From an uncultured Eubacteriales bacterium (GTDB lineage Bacteria > Acidobacteriota > Aminicenantia > Aminicenantales > Aminicenantaceae): DNA of 47,117 nt. The notes beneath the pieces were generated by a model. The model was given only the letters and a program-made list of their open reading frames with translations, was not told where the DNA came from and did no database searches. The position numbers were made by a program, and so were the translations under genes. The first letter of the stretch is position 1, and each line of letters opens with the position of its first letter. Positions 38,205 through 46,983 of the stretch are shown piece by piece. The stretch lies in assembly GCA_964435925.1 (NCBI GenBank), contig CAYTBG010000005.1:1-47117 (forward strand). The letters are read 5' to 3'.

Positions 38205-40337
38205 TTATTTATCCTTTTTTGGGCCGGAGAGAGGGAAAATCACAGAAAAGACACTACCCTTTCCTGGCTCGCTTTCGACCTTAATCCGGCCCCCATGAGC
38301 TTCGGCGATGTGTTTAACCAGGGTCAGGCCCAGGCCGCTTCCTCCTGCTTCGGAAACAATTTCATTTTTTACCCTGTAGAATCTGTTGAAAATTCTTGAT
38401 GTATCCTTAGGCGAGATTCCTATGCCTTTATCAGCAACCTGAAGGACTGCATTTCCGTTATCTTTGAATAATTTGACGGTTACTTCTTTTATCTTGGGCG
38501 AAAATTTCATGGCATTGCTTAAGAGATTAACCAGCACACTGGCTATAGCTTCTCCATCAAAACTCATCTCCGGAAGATCTGAGGCAATTTCTTTTTGCAC
38601 AGAAAAACCCTTTTTCTCTAAATGATAACGGTATGACTCTAAAGTGTCGCGAACGATCTGGGCCAAGCTGCCTTTTTTAAAATCGAATTCTTTTCTGCCC
38701 ATCTCAATCCGGGAAAAATCAAGAACATTGTTTATCAGGTGCGATAGGCGCTCGCTTTCTTTGGTTATTATCTCATAAGCTTCTTTCCTTTCCTCTTTCT
38801 TAAGGTCTTCTTTTCGCTGGAGCGTCTCCCCATAAAGGCGAATCAGAGTGAGAGGTGTTTTTAGTTCGTGAGAGATATTATGAACGAATTCGGTCTTTAA
38901 GCGTGTAGTTTCTGATTCACGGGAAATATCACGCACTATGAGAAAAGCACCCATAAGCATTAAAGCCACAATAAAAGTCAGAAGAACTCCGTAGAGAAAA
39001 TTCTCCCGCCGTGCGGTCAGTTCAAGGTCACTGAACGCAGGCTGAGAGACAAGAAGTTTCCAGGGAAAAGGGAATTGGCGATAAGATAAACTGAGAGAGT
39101 CTTTTGAAGTTAATTCCTCTTTTCCGGTTAAGATATTCCGACCTCTCTCATCGATGACTTGAAGAGAAAGTCCGGTATCTTTTGTCAGATTTTCTAAAAT
39201 TTTTGGGAATATTTCTTTTTTCAGGGAACTTAGATCCCAACAAAAACCACCATAAAAAGTCCTTTCTGACTGAAAGTTAGGCAGCACAGAGTAAGAGACA
39301 AGACAAAATTCTTCTTTTTGCGCGACAAGCAAGCGTCCTTGTTGTGCTTCGCCTCCCATACGAGAAAGTGTCAGCTTTTCTTTTATCTTTGGGACGGCCT
39401 CTCTCTTTATGAAATCTGTAAAAAGGAGCGCCTCTAAATAAGAAGATCGTTGTTTCTGGAGGCCCAGATAAGATTCTCGAATTTCAGGAAATCTTCCTTC
39501 AGAAAATTTATCATCGAGAATTGACTCTATTTCGACGATGAAAAAGTCATAGGTAGGAAGGTTAACCGGCCAACCTCCTTTCCTAATTTTTCCGTAGAGC
39601 GAGAGCAAAATTTTCAGGCTATTCTCTTCTCTATTTCGGAGCTGCTCGATTTCATACAGCTGAAAGGCAGCCAATATGCCGTAAGGATGCCCCGCTTTAT
39701 TCAGAAATTGCCCGTATTCAGCCGAAAGGTCGCTATATACTTTATAGGCTTCACTATATTTTTTTGAGGATAAAAGACAGCGCCCCAAAGCTCCCAAGGC
39801 TAATGCTTTGTGCTGGTTTGTGGGGGCAAGCGATGTACACTTCCGGTATAATTCAGCAGCTTGGACGTAATTCTTTCTAGAGAATTCAAGAGATTCCGCT
39901 TGCTTAAGAGCCTGAGCAAATTCGGTATTTTGTACATTCTTTTCCCCTGGGAAGATCGAAATGTCTTCTTTTCCGGTTTTAGGGATAATTATTTGGTACT
40001 CGGCATTAAGCAGAAATAGTTGGCCTTCGATTTCCTTTGATAATTTAGAATAATCGGAGAGAGCTTGTTCTGTTTCTTTTATGCCAGTTAGACGAGTGAA
40101 ATTTTCAATCTTTAAAGCTTCTTTTTCATGCTCAAGAAGCTCGCCTTCGATAGATTTCAGGGCGGATTCTCCTGAAATCCAGAGGTTCGACTCGAGTATC
40201 TTTTTTACCGATTCCCGCCTTTCGGCAAAAGTGCTAAAGCTTAAATAACCAACAACTAAGGAAGGAAGTAAAATGGCTAAAAGAAAAATAAAGACTATTT
40301 TCCTCCTGGCCAATATCCCCTGGGTGAATATTCTCAT
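38205..40337 (-). CDS. Sensor histidine kinase HK3 with TPR-containing extracytoplasmic domain
   Basis: Two TMs, TPR (EFSRKNYVQAAELY; ALGALGRCL..KKYSEAYKVY; GHPYGILA), ISHELKTPL, NLLSNAMKF, GSGLGL. Confidence 0.95.
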   Translation of the reverse strand: MRIFTQGILARRKIVFIFLLAILLPSLVVGYLSFSTFAERRESVKKILESNLWISGESALKSIEGELLEHEKEALKIENFTRLTGIKETEQALSDYSKLSKEIEGQLFLLNAEYQIIIPKTGKEDISIFPGEKNVQNTEFAQALKQAESLEFSRKNYVQAAELYRKCTSLAPTNQHKALALGALGRCLLSSKKYSEAYKVYSDLSAEYGQFLNKAGHPYGILAAFQLYEIEQLRNREENSLKILLSLYGKIRKGGWPVNLPTYDFFIVEIESILDDKFSEGRFPEIRESYLGLQKQRSSYLEALLFTDFIKREAVPKIKEKLTLSRMGGEAQQGRLLVAQKEEFCLVSYSVLPNFQSERTFYGGFCWDLSSLKKEIFPKILENLTKDTGLSLQVIDERGRNILTGKEELTSKDSLSLSYRQFPFPWKLLVSQPAFSDLELTARRENFLYGVLLTFIVALMLMGAFLIVRDISRESETTRLKTEFVHNISHELKTPLTLIRLYGETLQRKEDLKKEERKEAYEIITKESERLSHLINNVLDFSRIEMGRKEFDFKKGSLAQIVRDTLESYRYHLEKKGFSVQKEIASDLPEMSFDGEAIASVLVNLLSNAMKFSPKIKEVTVKLFKDNGNAVLQVADKGIGISPKDTSRIFNRFYRVKNEIVSEAGGSGLGLTLVKHIAEAHGGRIKVESEPGKGSVFSVIFPLSGPKKDK

Positions 40338-40381
40338 TGCTGATATCGAAATCGGGCTTTGATTTGGATAAGCTCATTTAG

Positions 40382-40443
40382 ATTTTATCAAATCCAACTA
40401 TTAAAATGTCAAAAAAATGTAAAACTTTGTCAGCAAATGTAAA
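40382..40443 (-). promoter_or_regulatory. Module-3 box plus -10 upstream of HK3 (putative autoregulation)
   Basis: TGTCA/TGTAA/TGTCA/TGTAA at 40407, 40418, 40428, 40438 (11-10-10); -10 TAAAAT at 40387-40382. Confidence 0.72.
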
Positions 40444-40547
40444 AGCTAATTTGATAAGCGGAACGAAAATTTGAAGGAGAATACGTTACACTCAAGGAAC
40501 TGAAGCGTGATATCGAAAAGGAAAAGATGGGACGTAAGTAAAATCGC

Positions 40548-40587
40548 AAAAAGAAAACCACCAGAGGTTGAAATAGCTCTGGGCTTT
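40548..40587 (-). terminator. Putative intrinsic terminator after protein F gene
   Basis: Minus strand CCAGAG-ctatttcaac-CTCTGG followed by TGGTTTCTTTTT. Confidence 0.5.
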
Positions 40588-40643
40588 AATAGGGAAATAT
40601 TTTTATAACTTGGGGAGTTCTTTGCTTCTGCCTTTCTGCTATC

Positions 40644-42767
40644 TCACTGAATGCCTTTTTTTACTAAAGGCAGGAAGTTTTCCATCACCCAGACTTCATT
40701 TGCTTGAGTATAAGTGTCGAAAGCGATCTGATGTCCATCAGGATGAACATGCAGACCGCGCATTTTTTTATCTGTCTGCCAGAGCTTTTGAGGCTCTCCC
40801 CCATCTGAGGAGATTTGCCATAAGCTAGTGCCATAATCTTCGGCTTTGGTAAAGAGTACATGTTTCCCGTCTGAAGACCAATCAAAGGCTCTAATAACTG
40901 CCGCTTCTTTCAGTCTGAGTAATTCCCGGGCCTTTTCTCCAGAAACGGGCATAATCAATATGCTCTCGGCGTCTTTTTCAGGGTAGGCGATGCCAAAAAG
41001 CAGCTTTCGACCATCAGGCGAAAGAGCTAAAATGCTAAATAGATTGGGGTCACAATAGAGCTGCTGCTCCAGGCCCGAGTTGACTTCGCGCCTCAAGATG
41101 CAGCCTCGGTTTACATAAAAAATAGCTTTCCCGTCTTTTGACCATTCTCCCCTGTGCCAACCCCAGTCATCGATCCCCGGTGCATATGGTGCTATAAGGA
41201 TGACTTTTCCGTCACGAACATCGATTTTGTAGAGTCCTCCGACATAATCCTTTTTTTTGTCCTTTTTATAGAAGCTTGTGACCAGAATTGAGTGCCCATC
41301 AGGAGACCAGCGGGGATTATCAAAAAAATCAAGTTCACAAGGAACCTCTCGGTCTTTTCCAGTTTTAAGGGATCGAATATGAAGAATATACTTAAAAAAA
41401 ACGGGCCCTGCAGGCTTGAGTTGCTCAAGGATATAGGCTATGTACTCACCGTCGGGTGACCACTGAGGGGAAAAGTTGGAGCCTAAAAAGGGTTGTTTCA
41501 AAGGAGCCTTGACTTTTCCTATTGCCAGATCGATTGAAGCAATGTAGGAATTAGACCAGCTTCGAAACATGCTAAAAAAGAAGGAGCCATCCTGCTTAAA
41601 TCCCAAGGGGAAAACTTTCCCTATCTCGCTTTTAATCCATCGGGGTGATCCCTTAAGCCTGCCATTTTCGACCTGAATAAGCCAGAGGTCCAAGGCTCCT
41701 GTGCGGTCGCTAATGAATATAACTTCCTTTCCGCCTGGTGCCCAACCAAGCAATTTGTCATTTGCTGAATGCTCAATCAAAGGAGTCTCTCCGCTTCCAT
41801 CCGTGGCAAGCAGGTAGATGTCGTATTTTCCGGAGTCTTCCTTGACCGGAAGGTCAAAGGCGATATACCGGTCATCTGGTGAATGACACACACAATCTTG
41901 TGTTGTTTGCCCTATATCAGATATTTTGAGAACGCGAATGGAACCATCCTTGACAGAGACCCACGCAATCCGGAACTTTTTGTCTTTTCTGCCATACATC
42001 CTGACCGCAATGTGTTTGCCATCTGAAGACCATTGGGCCGGATAGACTTCATAATCTTTGTTACTGTAGAGAATACGAGGAGATGAGCCATCGATCCCGA
42101 TGAGCCTTAAATCATAATAAAAATTCTTATCAGACAGTTTATTATACCAGGAGTAGGCGATTTGCTTGCCGTCAGGAGAAATTTTGGAATAAAACGCAAA
42201 TTGCTGGGCAGCTTTTAAGGATGCTTCGTGGGTGAGGCGGCGCTTTTTCCCCGTAGCAAGCTCGTGAATAGCCAGATCTCCAGTTTCCCAATCCACATAA
42301 GAAAGATAACGGCCATCAGGAGAAGGACCTCCGAAAATATCCACATCAGGGCCTGACCAGACCTGGCGGATTTTGAACTCTCTATCACCTTTTTCAACCA
42401 GAGCCTGGGCCTTTAAAAGAATGGCAATTTTTTCTTCGGCCAACTTGATTTCTTCAGTTTGCTCAGGATAGCTCTCAGCCACTTTCTGGTAAGCCTTTAG
42501 TGCTTGCTTCATTCCCATTTTTTCGTAGCACATACCGATTTGAAGCTGAGCTTTTGCCCCCATTTTTCTGTTGTCAGGAAAGCTGGTTGTAATTTTGAGG
42601 AAAAGCTGGATAGCCCCCTCCAAGTCTCCTTCTGCTTCCTTCTTGAAGATCGCGCCTTCGTAAAGTTCCTCGGCTGACTCTTGGGGCAGAGCTTCTCGCA
42701 AACAGATGAGAGAAAACAGAATTGATATTGCTATGACGAGCCAGAGCGAAATTTTTTTATGGTTCAT
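40644..42767 (-). CDS. Secreted TPR + double PD40 beta-propeller protein F
   Basis: Signal peptide, TPR AQLQIGMCYEKMG, PD40 blades, VWVMENFLP. Confidence 0.9.
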   Translation of the reverse strand: MNHKKISLWLVIAISILFSLICLREALPQESAEELYEGAIFKKEAEGDLEGAIQLFLKITTSFPDNRKMGAKAQLQIGMCYEKMGMKQALKAYQKVAESYPEQTEEIKLAEEKIAILLKAQALVEKGDREFKIRQVWSGPDVDIFGGPSPDGRYLSYVDWETGDLAIHELATGKKRRLTHEASLKAAQQFAFYSKISPDGKQIAYSWYNKLSDKNFYYDLRLIGIDGSSPRILYSNKDYEVYPAQWSSDGKHIAVRMYGRKDKKFRIAWVSVKDGSIRVLKISDIGQTTQDCVCHSPDDRYIAFDLPVKEDSGKYDIYLLATDGSGETPLIEHSANDKLLGWAPGGKEVIFISDRTGALDLWLIQVENGRLKGSPRWIKSEIGKVFPLGFKQDGSFFFSMFRSWSNSYIASIDLAIGKVKAPLKQPFLGSNFSPQWSPDGEYIAYILEQLKPAGPVFFKYILHIRSLKTGKDREVPCELDFFDNPRWSPDGHSILVTSFYKKDKKKDYVGGLYKIDVRDGKVILIAPYAPGIDDWGWHRGEWSKDGKAIFYVNRGCILRREVNSGLEQQLYCDPNLFSILALSPDGRKLLFGIAYPEKDAESILIMPVSGEKARELLRLKEAAVIRAFDWSSDGKHVLFTKAEDYGTSLWQISSDGGEPQKLWQTDKKMRGLHVHPDGHQIAFDTYTQANEVWVMENFLPLVKKGIQ

Positions 42768-42807
42768 ATTTACGAATTATCTTTCCTATGAAAAATTCTA
42801 TCTATGA

Positions 42808-42873
42808 ATAATATCAAATTCTTCACCACTGCGGGTTAAGTTTGCGTTAAAATTCAGATGCGTTTCTATTAAG
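42808..42873 (-). promoter_or_regulatory. Module-4 box plus extended -10 for protein F
   Basis: Plus-strand GTTAAG/GTTAAA/(GATGCG)/ATTAAG at 42835, 42846, 42857, 42868 (11-bp phase); TGaTATTAT -10 at 42813-42808. Confidence 0.65.
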
Positions 42874-42879
42874 ATATTC

Positions 42880-43560
42880 TTAGCCTCTAAATTTGTATCC
42901 AACTCCCCTGACACTAATGATGTATTCAGGGTTAGCAGGGTCGTTCTCAATTTTCTTTCTAAGATGGACGATATGGGGGTCAATGGTCCGAGACGAAACA
43001 ATAGCGTCCTCCCAAGCATCATCGAGCAGATTATCCCTGGTCACCACTTCTCTCTTATGCTCGATAAAATACTTGAGCAGCTTGAATTCTAAAGCGGTCA
43101 AGTGCAATATTTTCCCGGCCTTGTGAACCTCATGGCTTTTGAAATTTACAGTCACATCGCCGAATTTGTAGACCTCTCCGATGTCATCCTTCTGCCTTGT
43201 CCTTCTTAAGATGGCCTTTACTCTTGCCACTAATTCCCTTGAGCCCACAGGTTTGGTGACATAATCATCAGCACCTAATTCCAGTCCCAACACTTTGTCC
43301 ATCTCCTCGGTCCTCGCTGCCGTAAGCATAAGAATGGCTGTATCCTTGCCCGCTTCTTTGAGCTTCTTGCAGACTTCGAAACCACTCAGTCCTGGAAGCA
43401 GTATGTCAAGGATTATCAGTTGGAACTCCTGATCCAATGCCAGCTTTAAACCCTCCTTGCCGTCGAGGGTTGCAGAAACTTTGTATCCCTCAAACTCCAG
43501 ATCGTCTTTTAATCCCATCAGAATGGACTTATCATCTTCAACAATCAGTATCTTATCCAT
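42880..43560 (-). CDS. OmpR/PhoB-family response regulator RR4
   Basis: VEDD, IILDILLP, GADDYVTKP, RTIDPHIVHLRKK, VRGVGYKF. Confidence 0.97.
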   Translation of the reverse strand: MDKILIVEDDKSILMGLKDDLEFEGYKVSATLDGKEGLKLALDQEFQLIILDILLPGLSGFEVCKKLKEAGKDTAILMLTAARTEEMDKVLGLELGADDYVTKPVGSRELVARVKAILRRTRQKDDIGEVYKFGDVTVNFKSHEVHKAGKILHLTALEFKLLKYFIEHKREVVTRDNLLDDAWEDAIVSSRTIDPHIVHLRKKIENDPANPEYIISVRGVGYKFRG

Positions 43561-45706
43561 TTTTATCCTTCTTTCTTGCCTTTGTTTGTTTTACCGGAAG
43601 CACCATTGTAACTTTTGTCCCCTTTCCCGCATCGCTTTCCAACAATACCTCGCCTCCATGAGCTTTGATGATATGAGCCGTTAGGGTTAGACCTATTCCG
43701 CTTCCTTTGATGCTTATTTTGTGCGTTTCATCAGACCTGTAAAACTTTTCAAACACTTTTTTCTGCTCTTCCTTGCTTATTCCTATCCCCTCGTCCCCCA
43801 CTTCCAAAAACACACTCTGGGCGTTCGACCAGACCCGAAGAAATGCTCTCGGGCTTTGTCCTCTGAATTTCAAAGCATTATCGAGCACATTGAACAGAGC
43901 CCGGGAAATAGCTTCTTTATCGGCTAAGACTTTTGGCATCTGCTCGGGTATCTCTGTCTCCAGGAGGAATTTCTTCCCGGAAGTCTGTCTTTGAAATCGA
44001 GAAGCAACGTCCTTTGCCAGTTCAGCGATGCCTGTCTCTTCGAATTGGTATTCTTTCATTTCCGCTTCTATTTTAGAAAAATCGAGAATGTTTTCAACGA
44101 GTCGACTCAGGCGTTCGCTTTCATCGGTTATAGTTTCATAGTACAGTTGTTTCTTTGCTTCTTCCTTAACCCGTCTTCTCTTAAGAAGTTCGGCTAAATA
44201 TCGAATGGAAGTCAAAGGCGTTCTGAAATCATGGGAAACTGTGGACACAAATTCTGATTTCAATTTGGCTAACTCCAACTCTTTAGCCGTGCTCCTGATC
44301 GCCAAAAATCCTCCAAAGAACAGGGCAACTATCACAACGCCTACAGAAAAGAGGTAGATATTCCGTCTCTGCTTGAACTGTCTTTCAGCTAATCCTAGCT
44401 CGCTCTGAAAAACATTGACTTTCCAAGGTGGGAAATTCTCTTCAAAGCCTTGAGAAAAAGTTAACTGAGGAAGGGGCTTTTGAAGAGAAGTCATATCTTT
44501 CCCAGACACAGCGTTCCCGAATTCATCTTTTATCTGGACATGCCAATCCTTTTTAAGCGGAAGTCTTCCCAAAATCTCCGGAAGAAGCTTTTTGGACAGG
44601 ACTTCGGAATCTATTCTAATTCCCAGGACTGTATTATTTTTGATAGATGTACAGGAAACGAGATAGGCTTCGTTACCAATTGTCTCAGCGTGGTGATAGA
44701 AATTTCCGAAGGAAGAAATGGAGGAAGATGTTTTTGTCTTGATAAGAGGAATGACTTTTGTTACAAGATTCTCCCTTGCTTGCATCCTGCTTAGTTTTTC
44801 TTCTTCGAGCTGATTGAATTTCTGCCCTTTTTCCATGAAACTCTTCTTTACTCCAGACTCATCTATACTCTCCAAGGACGTATCAAGCATAGCTTTAACT
44901 TTCTTCCGGTAGAAATAAAATTGATTCTTGCTCAAAGGCCATCTGGATTCCAGGATGTTTTCGTGAAGCTCAAAAAAGGCTTCAACCGCCTTCATCTTTC
45001 TGTTTATATTCCAGTAGATGCTTCCTATCTGATACTGAGCTATCAGCCCAAGGGGTATTCCATCAGGACTTGGCACGGCTGTATGTTTTTTCAAAATCTT
45101 TTGATAGGCTTCAATAGCCTTAAAAGGATTCCCAGACTTTGCGAAACACCGTCCAATGCAATTCAAAAGTATGGCATGGGAAGCATCATCTGAAGTCTCA
45201 CCCATCAGTTTTTGGTAAGACTCTATTGCCAGAGAATAGTTTTTTGCCTTGAACTCAGACATCTCTGCTTTTTTCAGGAGAGGATGACGCTCTATCTCCA
45301 TAGTTTGTTTTTTCCTAATCCGTCCTTCATGGGGAAGAAGGAAAAGCGATTTTCCCAGCGGGAAAGACACATCTCCTCTTTTGTTAATCAGGAAAATCTC
45401 AGAGACTAGCTCTTCGCTTTCAGCTATTCTTTGGCAGACTTCTTTTAGCCCCTTTTCGTCGGATTGATTTTGAGGGATGCCGATCAGTTTGCTAATCCTT
45501 TCCTCAGCCTCTGATACGGATGCTTCGACTTCCTTAACGAGGAGTTCTGTTAATCTTTGCTGTTCTTCCTCGATATCCATTTTCCTGACCAGCTTTTCTC
45601 TTTCTGCTTCCCGAATAGCAAATATGGCCAGAACAATGCTCAAGAGGAATATGGCTACAGAGAATAGTATTATCGCCCTTTTTCGCCAAGTAAGCTTTAT
45701 TATCAC
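43553..45706 (-). CDS. Sensor histidine kinase HK4 with TPR-containing extracytoplasmic domain
   Basis: Two TMs, TPRs (KNYSLAIESYQKL; LNCIGRCFAKSGNPFKAIEAYQKI; GIPLGLIAQYQIG), VSHDFRTPL, NVLDNALKF, GSGIGL. Confidence 0.95.
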   Translation of the reverse strand: MIIKLTWRKRAIILFSVAIFLLSIVLAIFAIREAEREKLVRKMDIEEEQQRLTELLVKEVEASVSEAEERISKLIGIPQNQSDEKGLKEVCQRIAESEELVSEIFLINKRGDVSFPLGKSLFLLPHEGRIRKKQTMEIERHPLLKKAEMSEFKAKNYSLAIESYQKLMGETSDDASHAILLNCIGRCFAKSGNPFKAIEAYQKILKKHTAVPSPDGIPLGLIAQYQIGSIYWNINRKMKAVEAFFELHENILESRWPLSKNQFYFYRKKVKAMLDTSLESIDESGVKKSFMEKGQKFNQLEEEKLSRMQARENLVTKVIPLIKTKTSSSISSFGNFYHHAETIGNEAYLVSCTSIKNNTVLGIRIDSEVLSKKLLPEILGRLPLKKDWHVQIKDEFGNAVSGKDMTSLQKPLPQLTFSQGFEENFPPWKVNVFQSELGLAERQFKQRRNIYLFSVGVVIVALFFGGFLAIRSTAKELELAKLKSEFVSTVSHDFRTPLTSIRYLAELLKRRRVKEEAKKQLYYETITDESERLSRLVENILDFSKIEAEMKEYQFEETGIAELAKDVASRFQRQTSGKKFLLETEIPEQMPKVLADKEAISRALFNVLDNALKFRGQSPRAFLRVWSNAQSVFLEVGDEGIGISKEEQKKVFEKFYRSDETHKISIKGSGIGLTLTAHIIKAHGGEVLLESDAGKGTKVTMVLPVKQTKARKKDKNG

Positions 45707-46031
45707 CCGCCCTTAACTCCGTTCATCCTTTATTTAAAGGGGGCTGTATTCTTGAAAACCTGTGATTTTTCACCCTTTTCCTTATATCAGCTTATACCAG
45801 GTCAAAAATGGAGTCAAATGATTCAGGGCAGAAGCTTAGGCACAAGATAGGTCAGGTCTCTTAGACCGCTCCTGATCACATTTTGAAATGACTAGCGTTA
45901 TCACAGAGTTGCAAAGGGATTAAGCATTCTGTGAGAAATAGAGCCTATTCCCTTTTTTATATGAGAAGTGCTCTAAAGAATACGCACTGGCTTGTGGATT
46001 GAATAAAATTTTTATGTGTCAGCTTTTATTT

Positions 46032-46823
46032 TTAATCCCGAATCCAGGTAGTTACAAAACTAAACAAAGTTTTCGCCCTAAGTGGATTCTTGGATTCCCA
46101 ATTTTTCTTCCCTTTCTTTTTCTTGACTTTATAATTCTCTTCGAAATAAGTCTCATAGTCATTTATTGTAACAGTCCAAGTATCGGGATCATCCCTATAA
46201 ATCTCCATAATAACATCATCAGCACTCAAAATATTGTGATAATCTGAATCGTCATCTTCAAGAACATCGAATGTATTACGGACATCGATGTATACTTTTC
46301 CAGAGGAAGAAACCATCCTACCCGTATTGATTTTTTCAATATCATAATCTACTCTAATTATCAGGGTTACGCTGTAATACCCACAATTGGGATGGGGATA
46401 TTGCTCTAAGAAGCACTCCATACAATCAGGGGGAGTAATTCCGCAATTATCCTTGGGCGGAAAATGGCAACAAAGACCTTTATCAACATCCCAGTCAATA
46501 AACCATAAGTTTTGAAAGCCTATTTTTCCCAAAGTTACTTCTTCAGCACAAGTTTGGTCTGTTTGATTGTTTTTAATATCTAAACTGAGGTAATAGCCAG
46601 TTGTTGGTCCTCCCTTAAATTTCTTCGCACCCACATAGACATTTTCTGTGTTCTCGTAGACATCTTGATATCCAAATAAATTATATGATTCTCCCGGAAT
46701 CTTAAGTGACCATATCCATTTTTGGGGCTTTTTGGCTTCGAGAAAATTGATAGCCATAAAGACCAAAGCTATCGTTAAAATAATCACCAAACCAAATAAT
46801 TTTAACTTACCGAATTTTTTCAT
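46032..46823 (-). CDS. Hypothetical exported protein with a Cys cluster (about 263 aa)
   Basis: RBS AGGAGGA, N-terminal basic + hydrophobic signal, seven Cys within about 60 aa. No family recognised. Confidence 0.8.
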   Translation of the reverse strand: MKKFGKLKLFGLVIILTIALVFMAINFLEAKKPQKWIWSLKIPGESYNLFGYQDVYENTENVYVGAKKFKGGPTTGYYLSLDIKNNQTDQTCAEEVTLGKIGFQNLWFIDWDVDKGLCCHFPPKDNCGITPPDCMECFLEQYPHPNCGYYSVTLIIRVDYDIEKINTGRMVSSSGKVYIDVRNTFDVLEDDDSDYHNILSADDVIMEIYRDDPDTWTVTINDYETYFEENYKVKKKKGKKNWESKNPLRAKTLFSFVTTWIRD

Positions 46824-46983
46824 CAAATCCTCCTATTCTCAAATTCTTAATTTTTCCTGTTGACCTCACAATAATAATATTATCCCTGGGCACCACCTCC
46901 TATTTTAAGGAATATTTCTGCTTCATTCATTTAATTTGAATTTTCTTCCATCAAGCACTTATCCCCACATTGACATCACAAGT

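Noticed and set aside
22663-42767. Calling the six propeller proteins TolB of the Tol-Pal system
   Set aside because: They have TPRs instead of the TolB N-domain and twice the blade number, and there is no tolQ/R/A or pal nearby.
22663-42767. Tricorn/S41 or S9 peptidases, or amidohydrolases with PD40 repeats
   Set aside because: The propeller blades run to the C-terminus, leaving no room or motifs for a catalytic domain.
42700-42767. Protein F as a lipoprotein
   Set aside because: The Cys context FSLIC does not fit the lipobox, and the paralogues have ordinary Sec signals.
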